This document shows positions 1 through 11,567 of a stretch of DNA of 64,000 bases, piece by piece. The stretch spans positions 558,001 to 622,000 of the forward strand of contig JBLDXI010000056.1 in assembly GCA_047495785.1 (NCBI GenBank), written 5' to 3'. The notes beneath the pieces are model-generated. The model was given only the letters and a program-made list of their open reading frames with translations, made no database searches and was not told where the DNA came from. A program made the translations under genes and the position numbers. Each line of letters starts with the position of its first letter. Within the stretch, counting starts at the first letter, position 1. The stretch comes from Lepidodermella squamata (taxonomy: Eukaryota > Animalia > Gastrotricha).

Positions 1-889
1 GTAACGATGAATACCGTCGATTTCGAAGCGGCCGCGTTGTGAGGCAAGTCGTTTTAGCCGACTGTGCTGATGAAGACGAGCTGAGAGAATCGCGAAGAAT
101 TGATTGGAGCTACTCTGATAGTGATGATGCGGACGATGGCAAATGGCAGTAATATGGCAGCGTCGACAATCCTCATCTGGTCTAAGAACGAACCAATCCG
201 ACCAGTTGAATCATTATTCAAGGGTGAGCTTAGAGTTGGATACGCAGTTTACTCATAACTAATTAGGTACATACTAATTACTAATTAGGTAGGCTACCAA
301 GTTTCCCTTCTCCGCTTCAACGCCCAAGTGGTGTTGAAGTACTGTGACTGGATTATGTCCGACTTTGGGACTGTTATTGTCTAGGGACACAATAATCGAA
401 TTAAATGAATTCGATTTCGAAACCTATGTGAATTATCAAATTGACTTGGATATCGGCTAGACACTAGAATCGGCACCAATGCTGGTTCTCATCCTTTCGC
501 GCCTGTAATCGGTACATGCATTTCGCAGACCATTGCCGACAAAAGCGACCCGGAATTCGATGGTCTTGCGGAGATTCGCCCCGCGATGCAAATGTTCGTC
601 ACGTATGCTCGGTTCCCGAACCCGAGGACGATCAATCAATTGACGTAATGACCGTTCCGTTCAAAAGGCGATGCCACCTGAAGCAGTCAGTACATGTCTC
701 AAAGGCCGCACAAGTGGGGCTTCATAATTTTCGCTCGCCTCGCTGTTGGGTCAATGGTATACTATAATTATGACTTCTTCCGTATGATGGCCGACATGTT
801 GATGGACCAACCCCTTATCAACCTGCTTTATGTGACTCCGAACTGTTGTAAACCTCGAAAAATATAAAGTGATGCTTTTTGGATTCTGC

Positions 890-1084
890 AACACCCTCAA
901 TACTTGGGTGTCACGTTCAGCTGGGAATCTCACATCTCCAGCATCTCCGCGAAATGACGGCCGAGAGCTGGCATGCAACGACGCATCATTGTGCGGAAAA
1001 TACCTACCGGAGCGGTTAGGACTCATGTTTTATAAATCAATGTCCGAAAGCGTAGCAACGTACAGCTCACCAGCATGGGCATGA
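890..1084 (+). mobile_element. Degenerate non-LTR retrotransposon fragment (region just C-terminal to RT)
   Basis: 898-957 translates QYLGVTFSWESHISSISAK and 1022-1081 (different frame) LMFYKSMSESVATYSSPAW. These resemble the post-RT YLGV..W..HI and L.Y.S...S.L.Y...W motifs of LINE ORF2. Frameshifted and stop-interrupted. Confidence 0.55.
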
Positions 1085-1348
1085 CAGCCCAAGTCATCCA
1101 TCCATCAATGGATTATTCGAAATTGCGCTGCCCACGACCTAGCCATATGACGCAGATTCTAGCAGGAAAAATATCTGAGATATCGATTTGGTTAATTGAA
1201 AGAAATAGGTAACAACAATCCCTCGGAGGGAAATGTTGACATGGAACTTGCTAGATAAAAATTCAGACATCAATCTGGCGGATACTAGCACTACTCCACC
1301 GGCCCGGTTTCGAAAACTGGTAAATCATTACTGAATGACAATGCTAAT

Positions 1349-2485
1349 GTGATCATTTCTCCCCCAAGTAACAACTCTGATTTTTTGTTTCTCAATTTTA
1401 TAGCCTGGAACATATTTAAATTTAGACCAGAATCTTTTCCTGAAATCATACTGTTATTGAAAAAATTTCTTATTGTTGCCCTTCTAGAAACTTGGCATGA
1501 TTCCAAATTTGTGCCGCCCTCTTTGCGTAAAGAATTTTTTGTTATTCATTCACCAGCTAAAAAGCTAAATAATGTGAGAGGTCGTAATTTGTCAGGGGGA
1601 ATTATCGTTTACATTAACTAATCTCTCAAATCAATAATCAAAGTCTTATATAAATCTAGCTACCTGGTTGTTCTCAAAATTGATCTACCTGATTTTACCC
1701 TGCTATTGGCTTTCTGTTATATATTACCGGAAAAAAATGATACGATTCAGCGAAAATCGTTGAAAATTGCTACCAAAAAGAAAAGTTCTACCAAAATTTC
1801 TGGTCAAAAACAGTACAGTGGTCCTTTCAAAAAGCTCTGGGCCGAGACCACCAACAAATTGACTGAAATTAAAAATAATATTCGCATTGAAAACCTCCAG
1901 TCCCAAAAAAGGATTGAAATTATTATTATGGGCGACCTCAATATTCGCACTGGAAATTTAAATAGGACCTACGACAGCCTAGACCCAAACTCGGACTTCT
2001 TCTGCAGTCACGTGCCTCCCAGAAACTCGAAAGATATTGAACTGCCCAAATGCGCTGCTTCAAATCGTAATTACTTTTTTGAAAAGCTGGACGAAATTGG
2101 GCTTTACATCGTGAATGGGACCACACCATCCGACCAGCTTGGAGAATTTACCCATAAAAAACTCGGTGATAACCACAAACAGGCATTCACAGTCGTCGAC
2201 TATGCTTTGGCGACCGAAACCCTCGCCGGGGAAATAGACGATTTTGAAGTTGTTATTAATGGGGGAATCTCAGACCACTACCCGATAGGCCTCAGCCTCG
2301 CTAGAAAAATCAAACTTAGCAATACCGACCACAGTTTTGATGATGACAAAGTCAATTTTCGAGTTAATAAGCATCAATTTGCATCACTGTGGGAGCACTT
2401 TCAGTTGAGAAACGCGCACAAAATCACTGACGAATTATCAGTACAAAACTTGTTACTGACACTCTACAAAGTACACTCTACATAA
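1349..2485 (+). pseudogene. APE-type (exonuclease-endonuclease-phosphatase) endonuclease of LINE ORF2, one in-frame stop
   Basis: Motifs in canonical order: FIAWNI, ALLETW, SGGIIVYI, IIIMGDLN, IVNG...GEFT, VVDY, SDHYPI. ORFs 1349-1621 and 1706-2485 are in the same frame, separated only by TAA at 1619-1621. Confidence 0.85.
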
Positions 2486-2486
2486 T

Positions 2487-3518
2487 TTGAATTTCGACAA
2501 AATGGTGGAGGTTATCAATGCGAATACAAAACGTATAACCGCACTGATCCCGAACATGATAGAGAATTTTACTACTTATCTTCCACCGAAAACATTTAAT
2601 ATTTTACACAACTCATACGTCATCGGCAACTACACTTATGCCAGTGGCCTCTGGGGCCAGACAAAAAAGAATAAAGTTTTCTCATTTAACACTCATTTCG
2701 TGAAACAAATTTGTCGAATTCCAACCTCTGCTAGGAATGAACTAGTAAATCGCGAATTCTACCTCGACCCACCTGAACTTGTCCTCACAAAATCAGCCGT
2801 CAGGTACTTTCTACGACTCAAGTTTGAGAACGAGCATGTGCTTATCAAAACTGCCTTTGACGTTATTGACGCAAATAAAAATCTATATCGCCATATTTTC
2901 AAACATTTACAAAGTGATGTCGAAAAACTTGGGGGCACCAACATCTTCACCGCCACTTCTCAATTTGAGGGTTTGGCTCATCTTGGAAAGTGGTACGAAG
3001 TGTGGATAACAAACAACAAAAAATCTATAGCTAATGATTTAAAAACTATATACCAAAATCCTGTTTTTACAGACGAAAATTTCGACAAATTGCTGCTATA
3101 TTCTAATGCTCAAAATGCTTTTTGGTCGGTGAAAAATATTAGGATACTCAGTATGATTAGGACAAACTCTCTCCATAAACCCTTTTGCTATATCAATAAC
3201 TTAGGATTAAAATGCATTTTCTGTCTTAAACATGGTGATTCGCTTGCTACGCCTATTAGAAATTTCCAAGATACTATAGATCTAATATGCCACCTCTATA
3301 TTGAATGTAAATTTATCCCGAACCACACTCCTCTAACACAACTAGCCTCGATCGATAGTATCAATCATAATGTTAATAATTTTGTCAATTCAATTATCGA
3401 ATCCATAGTAACTTGCAAATCCGTCAACAATATCGCACTGCCACACATCTTAACTATAGCTTCTAACTACCGACTCGCTCTTAAATTACACGTTTACCCT
3501 AACAGTAATAACAATTAA
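2487..3518 (+). pseudogene. LINE ORF2 C-terminal region (post-RT region + CCHC zinc finger)
   Basis: ILHNSYVIGNYTYASGLWG resembles the post-RT Y...WG motif, followed by CIFC...HLYIEC. Frameshifted relative to the endonuclease ORF. No QG or YADD RT motifs between the two. Confidence 0.7.
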
Positions 3519-3911
3519 TGCGTAATTCTCCTGTCCTCTCTTTTCTGTCTTCGCCAATTTATTTAAATAATTCCCACGTCATGATTAGAACTATATGTAT
3601 TATAACTTTATATTATGTATTATAACTTATATTATAACTATATGTTATGCACGTGTATGTATAGATAATATGTATTTTGTCTGTATTTATTGTGTTGATT
3701 CGAAAATATTCCAGGACGCGCCCAAAGCCCACCCGTGGCCGGTGCTAGTTAATTTCTTTTGATCGAATAAAACATTGCTTGCTAAAAATTCAGAAATCGT
3801 CATTTATGGCTGTGTAAAAGGGTGAATAACTGAGATACATTTCATGAACACATGGCATAAAAACTGATGGTATCGAGTAAAATTGAGAAAGTGCTCCATT
3901 TAAGTGGCTAA

Positions 3912-6900
3912 CTAACCTCGATTGGCAGCTCGGCGGCCCCACTCCAGGTTGGGGTTGTCGATGTCGAGCATCGCGCACAGAAGGGCCGTCTGCGCGTTAA
4001 CGTGGTGCGCCACGGCGTAGCGAGCCGCCGCCTGCCGGAACGCACCGCCACGCTCGTGCACGTTCACGCCCTCGGCGTACACCGGCGCCGTCGGCTCGAA
4101 GTTGAGCGGCACGCGCAGGTCGTTGCCGAAGTCGTCGACCAGCTCGGCGATGCGCTGCGCCGTCGGCCGGAACGCCGCCACGCTGTCCGGCGCCGTCGGC
4201 AGCTGCGTGAAGCCGTGGCCGTACGACCACAGCGCCGCTGTCGACTGCACCACCGCCAGCCATTCGGCGTCCAGCTCCAGCTGCGGCTCATCGGCATCGG
4301 CATCCGCACCCGCACCCTCTGCCTTAGCCTTAGCTGTAGACGCTGGGACGTCTATATCGACGACTTCGAGCCAGCGCCGCCGCGGCACGACCTTGTCGAG
4401 GGCGAGGAAGCGCGTCTCGCGCTCGCAGCCCGCATGCTTCACCAGCGCCGAAAATTGACAGTGCATGTGACCTACAATAATAATCATCATCATATTAATC
4501 GTACATAACTTCAAAAATCAGCTGAACTTTATATAGGAAAAGCCGACAGTTCGCTATTATGCTGTGATTACTTCTACTCATAGATGTTTACTATTCTACA
4601 GAATTCATCTCGTCAGCAATTGCTCACCGCATTTCCCACGATATTTTCAATGAAACCCGCTTGCTTGAAATAAAGTCAACATTCTGTCTCGAATTTTCGA
4701 TTCAACGTTCAAGGCCTTTCCGCAATAAACCTAACTTACCAATTTCAAATAGTTCAAATCATTAAATCAACAGTTGTCAGACCTCAGTGTGTCCAGTTAA
4801 TATGAATCAAATCGCCGCTAAACCGTAATTTTTCTATTCCGTGTCTTTTCCTGTGCATTATCTGGCACTTTGTAAAGTTTACCTAAACTGATTGCTATGA
4901 TACGCCAAGGCGACGCCAAGGGTTGACGACGTGAAATACGTCCCCGTGACACTACACGAAGCCATCGATAGAAGCAACGAGGATGCACCTGGTGCTACAT
5001 GTGCGATTCAAGCCAGGTCGTTAAGTCAACATCAGCGCCAAGGATTCGATCGCAAGACAACGCTCTTCTCGTGGGGTTACAGCGCAATTCCCGTTCATTT
5101 TTCGCCAAGTTACAAGTCATCTGAAAATGCCGCTCCTCGCTAGGTTGGATTGTGATAATCTGTCGATGACGCCGCTTTCGCTGTTAGGTATAGTTCCTCG
5201 CAACGATATCAGTTCCAATGTTTTGCATTTCAAGCAACATTTGCGGCTTGGGGGCATGACCTGTCTGGCGAATCTTAAGTAACTGGGCCCGTGGAAATGA
5301 ACGTGAAAATTTTCGCGAGATGACCCTTCCTGCAACAGCCTGTCCGCTCAGGCACAATCTTCTGCCGAGAAATGGTTCCCTCAGCCTCGAAAGTTGGCAA
5401 AACGGTTTCGGCTGGAAGTGAAGCGCCTCACAGTCGCGCAAGTGCTGTTCCACCCTTGCTCTTTGCCGGCTTGGGACAGTCGTTACGGCCTCAATAGTCA
5501 GTATTATTAATTACTAAGACGCGACTTGGTCTCAAGAGGAGCTATCAAATAATCTCTGGGCACTATTCGACATGGCGGGTGGCGGTTTGGGAGAACCAGA
5601 GGGTGAAGAACTCGAATTCACGCTGAAGGAACGTGCGACCGCAGCGGAAATTGAAGACATAAATAATGACGCAAATTTGAGGAAGATTATCCTCGCGTTC
5701 AAAGTTTTATTCGACAACAAAATCGCGAAACTATAGTGTGATTGTGTGTGAAAATGATCAAACGTCGATTGATTGTGGAGTTGCGGTTGCTTTAAACCTA
5801 GCAAACCTGCGAGTGCGCCTTGGAAGAGCTGAAAACTCTTGAGTTACGGCTGGTGCGGCAGTCTTAAGCTGAGATGATATAGACGAAGATGTGGAAGATG
5901 AAACGACCGGAAACACGAGGCTCAACAACCGAGCAACGATTGCCTGAGAATGACTGCCCTCTATTTAACCATCTGGCTTCTAATTTTACCTAATTTTACG
6001 CTAAATTATATAATATGGTATTTCAAAATATGCCCCTTGTATTAATCGCAATTAGAAACTTCTACGATTAAACAAAACCTACCCGCAAAGTAATGTCTCG
6101 GCCGCAGGTGAAAGAGAATTTCTTCGGCTGGAGGCGAGCCGAGCACGCCCGATTCGATGTCGGCTCTGAAGTATGGCTGATCGAAATGCAATTATTATCA
6201 CGTGTGCAAAAAGCAATGGTTGTTATAGTTGTACCTTAAATCTGAGTAATTGCTGAAGGTTTCCGTACTTTTGGATAGAGAAATCAGCAATAAAGCAACA
6301 AAGGTCTGGAGTGGTTTAGTCAACTTACGCTTGTAATGCCACGTGGCCCTGCATAATAAGAAATCAATGCTTCATCATTTTAGGGGCAAACGAAAACTCA
6401 CAGTCGTGGCTCATGAAAATGTCGATCTTGTCGCGTTCCAGCAGTTTCAGCCGAAACAGCTCCAAAGACCGAACCTAATGACAACAATTATTCTATCATT
6501 TCTTTAGCATCTTTACTCTCTCCTATTCAACTTTCTTTTTTTTAAAGATATTCAATATATTAAAGAGTACAGATTATGAAGAAATGAAAGATTACGTACG
6601 TGGTAGATGCTGCGTTTCTCCGACTCGCTGTACGGCAGCGTCTCGTAGTGGCCGCGGCCGAAATCGCCCGGCTTGAAAATGCCTGATGCAATATGTTCAC
6701 GTAAGGCGACTGCAAATCAAGTTATTCGAGATTGGAAGCAAACCTGAGAAGCCGGCGATGCGCAGACCGCCGTAATTGACGACACCGGCCAAGCCCAGGT
6801 AGTAGATGTTGGGCGCCACCCAGCCGCCGTAAGGCTGAAAACACAACGAGATACGAGATATCACTCACTTGAGTAACAATTTTAGGAAAATGAGCCAGTC

Positions 6901-7600
6901 GTTGTGAGTAGTGCGAACTCGAGAAGATGATACACAGATTGATAGACAGGTAGATAACTGAAGGCTACCTTGATATTTCAAGTTGTGGTCAACAGTGGTC
7001 TCAAGCCATGTTTCGGAAATAAATGAGACTTGCCATGTGATTCTCAGAAACTAGCCAATTCCGCTGCCAACTGATTCCAGCTGGTCCCCGATAAATCGAA
7101 CTTGTGGGATTTTACTGTTTCACTGGTATTTCATTCAAAGTTTCATTCGCTTCAACTTGAATTTGATACCAAGATTATTTAATGTCAAAAGTGTGAATCG
7201 GGAAGAAAGAACCGGTATAGAATATTGCATCATATGGAAGAAGAGTGGAAGAAGGAAGAAAGGAAGACTGGGAAGAGAAGACTACGAAGAATAAGCGAAG
7301 GAAGAGGAAGATACCCACCAATTCCTGGAGATAATTGGACGCCTCGTGGTTGCCGCCGATGAAGATGGTGGTGACGGGCGCGGTCGCCTGGCCGGAGTAG
7401 TACTTGTGAAACGAGCCCATGTCGAAGAATTTCGGCGGCATGGCGATGCAGTCGAGGTCGGATGGGTTGCGCAGCGCCTGGAAGTCGCCGCAGATGAGCA
7501 GCAGCGACACGCGCATCTGCTGCGCGCGCTCCATCTCCGCCACCGCCTCGTAGATCTCGTCCAGCGAGCCGTGACAGCAGCCTACCACTGCTACCTTCAT
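3912..7600 (-). CDS. DBR1: RNA lariat debranching enzyme; exons 7600-7319, 6834-6744, 6682-6600, 6474-6402, 6348-6329, 6267-6235, 6176-6083, 4471-3912
   Basis: [34 protein letters not shown]|[18 protein letters not shown]|VR, DIFMSHD|WPRGI, LGSPPA, FA|GHMH and [13 protein letters not shown] are all Dbr1 hallmarks. All introns are GT-AG with matching phases. Confidence 0.95.
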
Positions 7601-7743
7601 TGTCAACAACTGTAGTGTATAAATCAACAACTGCGCAGTCTTCTTCTGTCTTTCTCCTCGCAATTTAATCAACTAAATCAACTAAAAACCTGAGTTTCAT
7701 AGGATTTAAAACAAAGCAATGTTGGCATTTCAACCAGTGACTT

Positions 7744-7749
7744 TTTATT
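7744..7749 (-). terminator. Putative polyadenylation signal (AATAAA) of RTF2
   Basis: TTTATT on + strand, ~63 nt downstream of the RTF2 stop codon. Confidence 0.5.
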
Positions 7750-7811
7750 CAACTCAAAAACGAAAGCAATTTGACATTGTAGGCATTATAAAAAACAGTA
7801 CAAGAGATTGT

Positions 7812-8863
7812 TCATGATCGAATTTTAGTAGCTGGAACAGCCGGCGGCACTGTTTTGCTCGTTGAATTGCTACTGCTGCCGCTGCTCGAGTTGAACAACG
7901 AGCGATAGACAGCCGAACCACTCGACACCGCCTTGTTAGATGTAGATGCCGCTGATAAGATGGCAGAGGCGGTTGACGACGACGAAGCGGCTCCTTCGAC
8001 CTTCGTCTTTTTAGGCTCACTCGCCGAAGAGGCAGCAGGTTTCGAAGTAGCAGCATCCTCATTCGCACCGCGCTTCTCTGCTTTGCCCTTATCCTTGCCC
8101 TTTTTAGCATCTTTAGCTTGGGCACGTCTTAGCTCGATGTTTCTTTTCGCCTCGTCGAGTTCTTGCCCGGCTTCGGGGTTCAGCTGCACGACATCGAGCG
8201 GCCGAATCGCCGTACTGCACACTGGACAGCGAAGGTCATCATCACTAGCAGCAGCAGAGGTAGAGTCTTGGCTCTTCGACAGGACAGTTTCGCGAACAGC
8301 TCTGTCGCTGAGCACACAGCCGCACGGGATCAAGTACACGAATCTACGCAATGCAATGCAATTAATCTCCTGTTTTTGTAACTCATTTCCTCGACTTACT
8401 TGTGTCGGCCATTCATTTCGAGCTGCGTAATTGGGCAAGCAAACTGAGCTACCATTGACGAGTTGGGATTCGACGACGAGGCATCAGACGAAGAACTGGC
8501 GGCTGATTTCGGCGTCAATTTCAACACGTGCACGTCCTTCAATGAGCGAATGTGCGCCATCTTGTCCTCGGACACCTGGTCAGTAAACTTGGACTTGTCG
8601 ATGAGAAACTACAATTAAGATGAAGCAAAATTATTATTGGTATAATGCGCCTTGCGCCTTAGCTCACTCACCTCTAGTACGGACTCTTTGTTGTAGAGAC
8701 GACCCAGTTCGCAGGCGACGATGGGCAGGCGAAGTTGCAGTTGGCTCAGCGCGCACATCAGCCAACGGAATGCCAATTCGATATCCTTATCCTGCACCGT
8801 TTTCTTCTTTTTCTCGCGAACTAGCTCGCAACGCTTGGGAATCGTGCCACCGTCACAACCCAT
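7812..8863 (-). CDS. RTF2: Replication termination factor 2; exons 8863-8672, 8608-8400, 8343-7812
   Basis: Diagnostic N-terminus MGCDGGTIPKRCELV, then CALSQ..L..PIVACELGRLYNKE, HIRSLKDV, FACPIT.LEMNG, FVYLIPCGCV and CPVC. GT-AG introns are in phase. Confidence 0.93.
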
Positions 8864-9753
8864 CTTTTTCTTCCAATTTTTAAATAAGTATCTAGAATAA
8901 AATTCGATTTTTATATCTTCATTCCAAACTCTTAACTGACTTGTTTTATCGAAATGGTGCTTGTACGTATAGCAGTTACATAAGCGTGACGCGTGACGCA
9001 TACCGAAATGCTCAAGTTGGAAAGATCTTTTACCTGTAACTTGAAACTTGAACTTGAAAAGGATGAATTTTGTGGAAAAAAAACAGTCTGACCGACTGGT
9101 CGGACTCGAGCGAATTGGCCGTCAGCCTCCCGATAACACGCAGTGGTAATTTTCTATTTTCTTTGCTTTCTCAGATATTTACATTCAACGGAGGCTTGAC
9201 TTGCTCATATAAAGAAAATAGGTGTGTACATTTAGTGGGATACTGAATACTGTATACTGTATAAGTACTGAATAAGTATGCTGCAAAGCTTACAGTCTGT
9301 GGTCTGATCGCGTAAGGACCTGATGTTAGAGAAACAACTCCCGAAGCCACTCAATTGAGTTAGTAATATGTATGAGGCAACCAGCTTGACCATTTAGCTA
9401 TTGCCTCGAATTTTTGAGAATACTTGGCTCAAGTTGTAGAACGCAACTTGGATGAAGAATTAACAAGCAAAACGTATGTTCTGCACCATCGAAAATAAAG
9501 GGCAGCTATCAGCTACAGCAGCAGTTCTACAACATCGAGCAAAAATAGGTAATCGGTAGACGCTGTCCCTCGTAGAGGAACTGGAACTGAAAACTGGAAC
9601 TCGTATGTTTCCCTGGTTTATGCATCGCTAAGAAATCCGGCTGGACTTGCCTGCCTGCCCTCATACCTTGGGGACCTCGGGTCCCCAAGGAAGCAAATTC
9701 AATCATTGGGCAGAGAAAAGCCCTAGTACGCTTCGAAGGCAATTTGCCAATCC

Positions 9754-10356
9754 TTAGACAATAGTAGTGGCTCTAGATATATGTAAGGCTAGGCGTTTGA
9801 AGAAAATAAGGGTATTTTTGATAGTGCTCTGATTATTACTAAAAATTCTGACAGGATCATGACCAGTGATACCTGTGCAGAAATAAGACAGATGGTTTGC
9901 CATAAGGCGAAAAGTAACCGTTTCCTTACAAAATATACATACTGTATCCTTCACATTGAAGATGAAATGTTCTAGGTTAAGAAAATTACTATTTGTAAGA
10001 AGTTGCAGAGCTGTGGATCTGAGATCACAGGGTAGAGCTTCGAAGCGTTTAGCAATCCCGAACTCAGATGAAGTCGCTAATGGGTATATATTGTCGTACC
10101 TAGAGTGAAATTGAATAGATAAATCAGTTTTAAAACAGTCTAGTACATGTTGTTCTACTTTAGCAAATATGGTCGAGTCACGAAGAAACCAGAAATCTGG
10201 CTCAATATTATAAGACGCAAAGAATTTTTTGGCGGAGTGGGTAGGGTTGAGAATGCCGAGTTTAGGGCGAGAATGCCAATAAAAAGAAAAGGCATCCTGA
10301 ACCGGCTGGACTTGAAAAAACCTGATATGACAACCAAAAAATCTGAGAACCCGCAA
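9754..10356 (-). mobile_element. 3' fragment of a non-LTR retrotransposon ORF2 (CCHC zinc finger)
   Basis: AT-rich 200-aa ORF ending in CIFC...NHLSYFC, the same architecture as the 2487-3518 ORF. No RT or endonuclease motifs, and no clear TSD. Confidence 0.55.
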
Positions 10357-10600
10357 AAACTTTATTAAAATGATTTAGACATAATTTTTTGTGAAAATGT
10401 TGCCTTATAAAGTTTAATTGCTTGTTACGTTATTATTTGCATTAATCACAAAAGTTTTCAAAAATAATGTTTTGACGCTGTTCATCGCTTGTTGCCAACG
10501 GGGGCCTCTGGCCGTTGATGAAATCAGGTGAGCGAACCCATGTTTCTGGAGCAAATCCTAGACCTAGAATCTTAGAGTGAGGTACCTATCCATCTTTTTA

Positions 10601-11245
10601 ATGGGTGGACTGTTTTCCAAGTTGGGCAAGCGCCCATTGCGGATTTTACTGTTGGGACTGGACTCAGCTGGAAAGACTACTCTTCTGCGATATTTGACAG
10701 GAGAGGGTAATGCTAATCGGCAAGCCCCGGAACCTACTGTCGGCTTCAGTGTAGAGACAGTTCGCGTAAAGAAAACCAGACTGGATGTATGGGACTTGGG
10801 TAAGTATTCACTTTGTTTAATTATCATTTTTCGATCATTCAACATGTGCTCCAATCTAGGTGGTCAAGAGCGTCAGCGAGTATTATGGAGGCATTATTTT
10901 GCCGGAACGAATGCATTAATATTTGTGATAGACTCAACAGACGAAGAGCGTTTAGTGGAGGCTCGCGAAGAGCTCGATCGATTATTACATGAACGAGATT
11001 TGCTTCAATGCACTGTTTTGATAATGGCCAACAAGCAGGATTCACCAAATGCAATGCCAAAAGATGTGATAGTTCAACGTCTTCAATTACAACCAGGTCG
11101 TGATGGAGTATTTGAATTTAACAATCATAAATGCAACGTTATGCCGGTCGCTGGTGTAACTGGACAAGGTGTGGATCAAGCTTTAACTTGGCTATTGGCT
11201 AATACTTCTGATAAGAAGAAAGCTTCTACTACTAAACGGAAGTGA
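10601..11245 (+). CDS. ARF/ARL-family small GTPase; exons 10601-10799 and 10860-11245
   Basis: MG myristoylation start (MGGLFSK), GLDSAGKTT, PTVGF, WDLG|GQ, ANKQD, basic C-tail. A 60-bp GTAAGT...CTAG intron splits the DLGGQ motif. Subfamily not resolvable by eye. Confidence 0.9.
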   Translation: MGGLFSKLGKRPLRILLLGLDSAGKTTLLRYLTGEGNANRQAPEPTVGFSVETVRVKKTRLDVWDLGKYSLCLIIIFRSFNMCSNLGGQERQRVLWRHYFAGTNALIFVIDSTDEERLVEAREELDRLLHERDLLQCTVLIMANKQDSPNAMPKDVIVQRLQLQPGRDGVFEFNNHKCNVMPVAGVTGQGVDQALTWLLANTSDKKKASTTKRK

Positions 11246-11567
11246 TCGTGTGATTGCTGTGATCGCAATTTCTCCTCCATCTGCTTATTCGGATCCGATT
11301 GATTATCGGATGGCTACAATGTGATGAGCTGTAATATGTAAATCAGTTAATCAAAAGGCATAAAACCAAGGGCTTGTGCTATAACTTTCTCTGAAACACC
11401 TATAACTCTTCCTCTTGCCCGCATTCACTTTTTTATTCTGTCGAAGACAAATATTATATACCTACGTATTATCAACTCGATATTGTTGAATTAAAGCGGA
11501 TGATGCTGCTTGCTTATTTCTGTTAATTTGTTAATCTGTTATTAGGTACAGAGTATTACACATTTTA

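Larger units (their letters stand above)
1272..3782 (+). mobile_element. Non-LTR retrotransposon derivative: APE endonuclease + C-terminal CCHC region, RT domain absent
   Basis: Flanked by direct repeat TAAAAATTCAGA(C/A)ATC at 1256-1271 and 3783-3798 (15/16, first 12 exact), read as a TSD. The 3' end has AATAAA (~3766) followed by TTGCTTGC. Internal ORFs are listed separately. Confidence 0.8.

Noticed and set aside
7235-7310. GAA-rich tract in DBR1 intron 1
   Set aside because: Ordinary low-complexity purine/pyrimidine tract with no evidence of function
10577-10600. Upstream GTG start and unspliced 222-aa version of the ARF ORF
   Set aside because: ATG-Gly at 10601 gives the canonical myristoylated N-terminus, and the 20-aa insert is a GT-AG intron
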